Below, piece after piece: positions 58,655 to 64,000 of a stretch of 64,000 bases of DNA. Below the pieces are notes generated by a model. The model did no database searches and was not told the origin of the DNA. It saw only the letters and a program-made list of their open reading frames with translations. Each line of letters begins with the position of its first letter. Position 1 is the stretch's first letter. Made by a program: the position numbers and the translations under genes. The stretch is from Crocinitomicaceae bacterium (lineage in GTDB: Bacteria; Bacteroidota; Bacteroidia; Flavobacteriales_D; Crocinitomicaceae): positions 49,383 to 113,382 of the forward strand of contig JAURMI010000007.1 in NCBI GenBank assembly GCA_030830785.1, in the 5' to 3' direction.

Positions 58655-60283
58655 ATGTCAAACGCATTTTTTAAGGCACCAATCGCTATTAATGAGACAG
58701 TTCGGGCCTATGGACCAAATACACCAGAACGCGCTTCATTACTGGCAAAATATCGAGAATTTAAAGATCGTAATCCAATCGATGTGCCAATGTATATTGG
58801 CGGGCAAAAAATCACTACGGACAATAAAATAGCCCTCACCATGCCCCATGACCACCAACATGTCTTAGGTTATTATAATCAAGGTGATGGCGCACATGTA
58901 AGTGCGGCCATAAATGCGGCATTGGCTGCTAAAACCAAATGGTCTTCACTCCCTTGGCAAGATCGCGCGGCAATATTTTTAAGGGCTGCAGACTTATTAG
59001 CAGGCCCCTTTCGCGATCGAATGAATGCAGCAACAATGCTTTGTCAATCTAAAAATGTTTTTCAATCTGAGATTGATGCGGCATGTGAACTAATCGATTT
59101 TTTTCGATTTAATGTTCAATACATGACTCAAATTTATAGCGAACAACCAGAGTCGTCAGTGGGTATGTGGAACCGTTTGGAGTATCGTCCCCTAGAAGGA
59201 TTTGTTTTTGCTTTGACGCCATTTAATTTTACTTCAATTGCTGCCAATTTATCTGCGGCGCCTGCAATGATGGGAAATGTGGTTGTATGGAAACCAGCAG
59301 ATAGTCAAATTTATTCTGCACATGTAATTATGGAATTATTCGAAGCCGCAGGTTTACCAGCTGGTGTTATTAATATGATAACGGTAGATGGACCAGTTGC
59401 AGGAGAAGTGATTTTTAAGCATAAAGAATTTTCAGGAATTCATTTCACTGGATCGACAGGTGTTTTTCGTCAGCTTTGGAAAAATATTGCCAATAACATT
59501 GAAACTTATCGTTCCTATCCACGAATCGTCGGGGAAACAGGGGGTAAAGATTTCGTGATGGTTCATAAAAGTGCCGATGCAGCCCAGGTTGCTACTGCGC
59601 TTTCACGAGGAGCCTTTGAATTTCAAGGTCAAAAATGTTCTGCGGCCTCACGTGCTTATATTCCTCAAAGTTTGTGGCCCCAGGTTAAAAAGATTTTAGT
59701 AGATCAAATTAATTCATTTAAAATAGGAAGTCCTGAGGATACTTCAAATTTTGTCAATGCTGTAATAGATCAACGTGCATTTGATAAAATTGCATCCTAC
59801 ATAGATTTTATCAAAGATCAAACCGATGCTCAAATCATTGCAGGTGGAAATTATGATAAATCAGTCGGATACTTTATTTGGCCTACAATTGTAGAGACGA
59901 GCAATCCTCAATTTCGAACGTTGGTTGAGGAAATTTTTGGACCAGTACTTACCATTTATGTATATGCCGATGACGATTTTGAACAAACTTTAGAATTGGT
60001 AGATCAGACCTCCGAATATGCATTAACAGGTTCGATTATTTCCACCGATCGCTATGCCATACAATTAGCAAATGAGAAATTGATGAATGCTGCAGGGAAC
60101 TTTTATATTAATGATAAACCTACAGGCGCTGTTGTGGGTCAGCAACCATTTGGAGGGGCAAGAGGCTCCGGAACCAATGATAAAGCGGGTGCTGCAATCA
60201 ATTTAATGCGCTGGGTATCCCCTCGCACTATTAAGGAGACCTTTGTGCCCCCATCCGATTACCGATATCCATTTTTAGATTAA
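58655..60283 (+). CDS. pruA: L-glutamate gamma-semialdehyde (1-pyrroline-5-carboxylate) dehydrogenase
   Basis: Aldehyde dehydrogenase fold (ETGGKD, FEFQGQKCSAASR). N-terminus MSNAFFKAPIAINE typical of P5CDH. Start set to ATG 58655 rather than the track start at 58634. Confidence 0.88.
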   Translation: MSNAFFKAPIAINETVRAYGPNTPERASLLAKYREFKDRNPIDVPMYIGGQKITTDNKIALTMPHDHQHVLGYYNQGDGAHVSAAINAALAAKTKWSSLPWQDRAAIFLRAADLLAGPFRDRMNAATMLCQSKNVFQSEIDAACELIDFFRFNVQYMTQIYSEQPESSVGMWNRLEYRPLEGFVFALTPFNFTSIAANLSAAPAMMGNVVVWKPADSQIYSAHVIMELFEAAGLPAGVINMITVDGPVAGEVIFKHKEFSGIHFTGSTGVFRQLWKNIANNIETYRSYPRIVGETGGKDFVMVHKSADAAQVATALSRGAFEFQGQKCSAASRAYIPQSLWPQVKKILVDQINSFKIGSPEDTSNFVNAVIDQRAFDKIASYIDFIKDQTDAQIIAGGNYDKSVGYFIWPTIVETSNPQFRTLVEEIFGPVLTIYVYADDDFEQTLELVDQTSEYALTGSIISTDRYAIQLANEKLMNAAGNFYINDKPTGAVVGQQPFGGARGSGTNDKAGAAINLMRWVSPRTIKETFVPPSDYRYPFLD

Positions 60284-61002
60284 TGATGCGCATACTCATA
60301 TTTTCTATTTTTTTATTGGGATTTCATGTGCAATCTCAGGCGCAATGGCGTTGGTATTTGCAAGCTGAAATTGGCGCGAACAAGCAAGAAATTTTGAGTA
60401 CTTATCAACTGGCACAGCAACCTTTTGACCCTCAAGCATTTTGGAAAGCCACCTCTGGTGGAGAATTGCAATTTGGATATACTTTGTTAAAGGTGATTAG
60501 TGCATATACAGGTTTGGGTTATACTCATCAAAATATGGCTTATCAAAGTACAGAATGGGCAACAGATGATACTGGCGCCTCCTTTTTACTATTGTGTGAT
60601 AAAACTGCAAAAGGTGAATTACTCACCATCCCTCTAGGCCTAGAATTAAAAGCGTTGAGTTTTCATGTAGGTGGTGGAATGCAATATCGCTATAGAATTC
60701 AAGGCTCCATGCAAACCGATTTTTACGCATTTACACCCGGAGCGCCATCTGCCAATTTACTTAGTTCAGAAATTGGCCCTAACACACAGTCCAAGTTGGA
60801 TATGGGATATTTTGCCTATCTGCAATGGAATCCACTTAAGCGATTGGGTATAAGGGCCAGCGCATATAGAGGATACAGAGACCTGAGCAATGGTTTAGAA
60901 GTAGGTGCTTTTAACCAGTGGCAGCAATTATTTGATCAGGAATCTTTTTCCCTTAAGAACTTACAATTTAATTTAGGAATTAATATCCGTTTATCTGAAT
61001 AG
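60283..61002 (+). CDS. outer-membrane beta-barrel (porin-family) protein, hypothetical
   Basis: 239 aa. Signal peptide (HVQSQAQ), alternating beta-strand pattern. Start overlaps the pruA stop by 1 nt. Confidence 0.5.
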   Translation: MMRILIFSIFLLGFHVQSQAQWRWYLQAEIGANKQEILSTYQLAQQPFDPQAFWKATSGGELQFGYTLLKVISAYTGLGYTHQNMAYQSTEWATDDTGASFLLLCDKTAKGELLTIPLGLELKALSFHVGGGMQYRYRIQGSMQTDFYAFTPGAPSANLLSSEIGPNTQSKLDMGYFAYLQWNPLKRLGIRASAYRGYRDLSNGLEVGAFNQWQQLFDQESFSLKNLQFNLGINIRLSE

Positions 61003-61016
61003 CCTGATGAAAAGAA

Positions 61017-61610
61017 TTAATTTTCATTAGATGAAAGACGCTCAATTTCTAAAACTATTTTTTCAATTTGATTTAAAATAGGCCTTCCATCATTTTGTAT
61101 TATAAACGGGCTGCGTTTTATTTTTTCGTTATCCGGCCATTGATGTTCCATTCTTTCAAGCACCTTTTCTCGTGTTAAATTATCTCTTTGCATGACGCGA
61201 TCGATTCTAATTTCTATTGGAGCTACTACCAAAATAATGGCATCAAAATGTTGATTACTTCCTGTTTCAAACAAAATTGCGGCTTCGTTAAAAACCAATT
61301 CGGTGGTTTGATTATTGGCCCATTTTCTAAATTCTTCTCGCACCAAAGGGTGCACCAACCCGGATATTTGTTCTTTTAAATTGGGATTTGAAAATATTCG
61401 CTTGGCTAAAAAATCTTTTTGAAAAACACCATCTTTATAAACTTCTGAACCAACGATATGCTTCAGTTTTTTTTTCAATTCATGATTAGAACTGTAAAGT
61501 TTCTTAGCCTCAAAGTCTGAGTAAAAAACTGGGTAATTCATTTTTTCCAATACTTTGGCAATACATGTTTTACCCGAACCTATCCCGCCTGTTATACCTA
61601 TGAGAACCAT
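61017..61610 (-). CDS. coaE: dephospho-CoA kinase
   Basis: 197 aa. GITGGIGSGKT P-loop and typical CoaE layout. Confidence 0.9.
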   Translation of the reverse strand: MVLIGITGGIGSGKTCIAKVLEKMNYPVFYSDFEAKKLYSSNHELKKKLKHIVGSEVYKDGVFQKDFLAKRIFSNPNLKEQISGLVHPLVREEFRKWANNQTTELVFNEAAILFETGSNQHFDAIILVVAPIEIRIDRVMQRDNLTREKVLERMEHQWPDNEKIKRSPFIIQNDGRPILNQIEKIVLEIERLSSNEN

Positions 61611-61648
61611 GACTCTAAATTAGAGAAAGAAAATTGTAATTTTGCAGC

Positions 61649-62401
61649 ATGTCAAAAAAAGAGTGGTTTGCTTCATGGTTCGACTCCCCCTATTACCATA
61701 TGTTGTATAAGCACCGTGACGATAATGAAGCACAGCGCTTTTTAAGTAATTTATTAGAAAAAATTCAATTGCCTTCAAAGGCTAATATTCTTGATTTAGC
61801 TTGTGGAAAAGGTAGACATGCAACGAGCCTTGCTCAAATGGGATATCATGTAATGGGTGCGGATTTATCAGAAAATAGTATCCTTAGCGCAATGCAAAGT
61901 CGGGATGCTCATCAACTTAAAAATCTCGATTTTTTAGTACACGATATGCGCAACCCCATTAAAGGAGTTAATTTTGATGCAGTATTTAATTTATTCACAA
62001 GTTTTGGCTATTTCCAAACCATTGAAGAAAATCAGCGTGTTTGCCAGGCAATCCATCAGATGCTCAAATCGAAGGGAATATTGGTCATTGATTTTTTAAA
62101 TGCACATAAAGTCCAGGCAAACTTGAAAGCACTTGAGCAAATTAATAGCGAGGGTCTTGTGTTCAATATTGAACGTTGGTATGATTCCAATCACTTTTAT
62201 AAAAAAATAGAAGTCATTGATTCAAAAAATATTGAAATGAGCACCCATATTGAACGTGTTCAGGCCTTAGAATTTTCAGATTTCAAATTGTTGTTGGAAC
62301 CCCATTTTAAAATTGAAGCTACCTTTGGTTCCTATTTAATGGAAGACTTTGACCATCAAAATAGCGACCGACTTATTATAATTGCAAAAAAGACAACATG
62401 A
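61649..62401 (+). CDS. class I SAM-dependent methyltransferase
   Basis: 250 aa. ILDLACGKGRH (motif I) and DAVFNLFTSFGYF. Confidence 0.85.
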   Translation: MSKKEWFASWFDSPYYHMLYKHRDDNEAQRFLSNLLEKIQLPSKANILDLACGKGRHATSLAQMGYHVMGADLSENSILSAMQSRDAHQLKNLDFLVHDMRNPIKGVNFDAVFNLFTSFGYFQTIEENQRVCQAIHQMLKSKGILVIDFLNAHKVQANLKALEQINSEGLVFNIERWYDSNHFYKKIEVIDSKNIEMSTHIERVQALEFSDFKLLLEPHFKIEATFGSYLMEDFDHQNSDRLIIIAKKTT

Positions 62402-63165
62402 ACTTTTACGTTATTGAATTAATCCTTCTAGTATCGGTCATTTTTGGTGGATTGGTGGTGAGTTATTTAAAAGCCACCAACAAAAATCAATATATAAAGT
62501 TGGCATTGGCATTTAGTGGCGGGTTTTTATTGGCTGTGATTTTTCAGCATTTATTACCTGAACTCTATGGCGCCCATCAAGGCCATCTGCATGAAGCACA
62601 TACAACACTTCCTGTTTTTGAAGTAGGTGTATTTATATTATTAGGATTTTTAGTGCAGTTAGTATTGGAATATTTCTCTGGGGGTATCGAACATGGGCAT
62701 GTGCATGTGCACAAGGGTCAAAAAATGCCTTGGCCACTTTTTATTTCTCTATCTGTTCACTCAGTCATAGAAGGCATACCGCTTGGCAATATGTTACAAA
62801 TGGGTATGGTTGATAACGTTTTAATACCGTATAACGGAAGCTTTTTTTGGGGTATCGTATTGCATCAAATTCCAGTTTCTATTGCATTAATGACACTTTT
62901 ATTGGCTACAAACATCAAACGTCAACAAGCATGGTTAATTTTATTGGCATTTGGGCTCATGACACCCCTTGGAGTTGTGCTAGGATTGGGCATCACAACC
63001 CAACAACTTGGTATTGATGTAAATGTCATTTTAGCAATCGTTGTAGGTATGTTTTTGCATATTTCCACAACGATTATTTTTGAAACTTCAGAAAATCATA
63101 AGTTCAATTTACTTAAACTTATTAGTATTGTAGTAGGGGTGCTTCTCGCCCTATGGCTTTTTTAA
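62398..63165 (+). CDS. ZIP family metal transporter
   Basis: 255 aa polytopic protein. His-rich loop GGIEHGHVHVHKG, HSVIEGIPLG and HQIPVS motifs. 4-nt overlap with the methyltransferase gene. Confidence 0.85.
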   Translation: MNFYVIELILLVSVIFGGLVVSYLKATNKNQYIKLALAFSGGFLLAVIFQHLLPELYGAHQGHLHEAHTTLPVFEVGVFILLGFLVQLVLEYFSGGIEHGHVHVHKGQKMPWPLFISLSVHSVIEGIPLGNMLQMGMVDNVLIPYNGSFFWGIVLHQIPVSIALMTLLLATNIKRQQAWLILLAFGLMTPLGVVLGLGITTQQLGIDVNVILAIVVGMFLHISTTIIFETSENHKFNLLKLISIVVGVLLALWLF

Positions 63166-63176
63166 ATTCAAAAAAA

Positions 63177-63569
63177 TTAAAACGGAAGATCGTCGTCATC
63201 TTCAGAACTTGAATTGTTTTCGGGCACTGAATCTGCACTAATATTCATTGCCGAAGGGCCACTAGTGGGGATTCCCATTCCTTGATTTTGACCTTGCTTT
63301 TCGATTCTCCATGCTTCAATTGTATTGAAATATTTGACTTCTCCTTGCGGACTTGTCCATTCACGTCCTCTTAAATTAAATGATACCTCAACACTATCAT
63401 TTACTGCAAATTGATCAAGTAAATTGCATTTATCTTGTGTGGCTTGAAAAAGAATATCTTGAGGGTACATTGATGTTGTATCACTTACTACAAACTCTCT
63501 TTTTTGAAATTTTTCTGAGATTCGTTGTGTTTCTTGAATGACTTTAATAGTTCCGGTAAACTTAAACAT
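63177..63569 (-). CDS. DUF3127 domain-containing protein with SSB-like acidic C-terminal tip
   Basis: 130 aa. N-terminal roughly 95 residues match my recollection of DUF3127 (GTIKVIQETQ...REFVV...FNLRGREW). This is followed by a Gly/Ser/Pro/Asn-rich linker and the terminal EDDDDLPF. Confidence 0.7.
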   Translation of the reverse strand: MFKFTGTIKVIQETQRISEKFQKREFVVSDTTSMYPQDILFQATQDKCNLLDQFAVNDSVEVSFNLRGREWTSPQGEVKYFNTIEAWRIEKQGQNQGMGIPTSGPSAMNISADSVPENNSSSEDDDDLPF

Positions 63570-63595
63570 GGATTTAATTTTAAATATATGATTGA

Positions 63596-64000
63596 TTAAT
63601 TATTGAAAGAGAGAAGGGTTAGCCAAGCGTCATTTAATAATTGCTGCTCAAGCAATTCTTTTGCGCGATGATGCAGCGCAAGTTCTAATGCCGCAGGGTC
63701 ATCTTCATGTGATAAAAATAGATTTGACAGTTCTAAGAGTTTGTATTCATTGACATCCGTTTCATTTGGTAAGGCCTCAATTGAGGCCAGTTGCCCCAAA
63801 TTATTTGCGCTTAAAATGGAGCTGTTTTTAATGTCTGAAGGCAAAGCATCAAATCCAATTGGGCAAGTGGTAATTGGTTTTTTAATTTCGAACATTGAGG
63901 CCGAATTGGCATGGCAATACCAATCACCTCCCATCCTGGCAACGAGGTTAATTTTTTGTTGGTCGATTAGACCATTTTCTGTTAGTAGTTCTTTTTGAAT
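63596..64000 (-). CDS. hypothetical protein, C-terminal part only (frame open to the right window edge)
   Basis: The reading frame continues upstream of the track ATG (63934) through position 64000 (IQKELLTENGLIDQQKINLVARMGGDWYCHAN...). I do not recognise the family. Confidence 0.5.
   Translation of the reverse strand: MQKELLTENGLIDQQKINLVARMGGDWYCHANSASMFEIKKPITTCPIGFDALPSDIKNSSILSANNLGQLASIEALPNETDVNEYKLLELSNLFLSHEDDPAALELALHHRAKELLEQQLLNDAWLTLLSFNN

Noticed and set aside
61007-61027. ATGAAAA-N7-TTTTCAT inverted repeat between the barrel gene and coaE as a bidirectional terminator
   Set aside because: The stem is 7 bp and contains a single G-C pair. There is no flanking U-tract, and it overlaps the coaE stop codon. 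Too weak to call.
61674-61684. tRNA T-arm-like string GGTTCGACTCC
   Set aside because: It lies in frame within the methyltransferase CDS (WFASWFDSPYYH). No acceptor, D or anticodon arms can be built around it.
1-64000. Search for mobile elements, CRISPR arrays, rRNA/tRNA genes, toxin-antitoxin or defence islands, or large repeats
   Set aside because: I found no transposase/integrase/recombinase-like ORF, no spaced direct-repeat array, no rRNA or tRNA signatures, and no multi-gene cluster of unknowns. Nearly every ORF of 100 aa or more that does not overlap a better-supported gene has a recognisable family assignment. The few exceptions are single putative envelope genes and a truncated ORF at the window edge. 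A by-eye scan cannot exclude short dispersed repeats; a self-dot-plot or BLASTN self-comparison would be needed.

Overview
AT-rich Bacteroidota (Flavobacteriia-like) chromosomal segment. The lineage call rests on SprA, a T9SS C-terminal sorting domain, Bacteroidota-typical DUF2480/DUF3078/DUF3127 proteins, BshB1, and TAnnTTTG-type -7 boxes. About 55 tightly packed genes are present, nearly all core or envelope functions. They include glycyl-tRNA synthetase (partial), a maeB-ruvA-sprA-GNAT co-directional string, sucAB, and a photolyase/cryptochrome-family gene. A T9SS-secreted trypsin-like protease and an orphan OmpR-type regulator follow. A 16-kb uninterrupted minus-strand run (21103-37181) goes from a nucleotide-sugar operon through MBOAT/SGNH, SixA, rhomboid, DUF2480, menA, etfBA and a DUF151 nuclease to a nucleoside permease. 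Further on are pgi, waaA, purF, a TonB-dependent receptor with a secreted HMA protein, gcvP, bshB1, an S9 peptidase, recF-DUF721, pruA, coaE and a ZIP transporter. I saw no rRNA, tRNA, CRISPR array, transposase/integrase, prophage or recognisable defence island. I cannot point to a clear novel multi-gene system. The items most worth a second look are single-locus oddities: (1) a roughly 145-nt interrupted hairpin in the only long convergent intergenic gap (candidate sRNA); (2) a CryPro/FeS-BCP-family photolyase homologue lacking all cluster cysteines; (3) a signal peptide-Kelch-TM-HTH-like one-component architecture; (4) a DUF3127 protein ending in an SSB-like DDDDLPF tip; (5) an outer-membrane barrel start-overlapped with waaA; (6) a canonical terminator buried in the 3' end of the convergent gene. 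All functional calls are from my reading of the translated ORFs and motifs; no database search was run.
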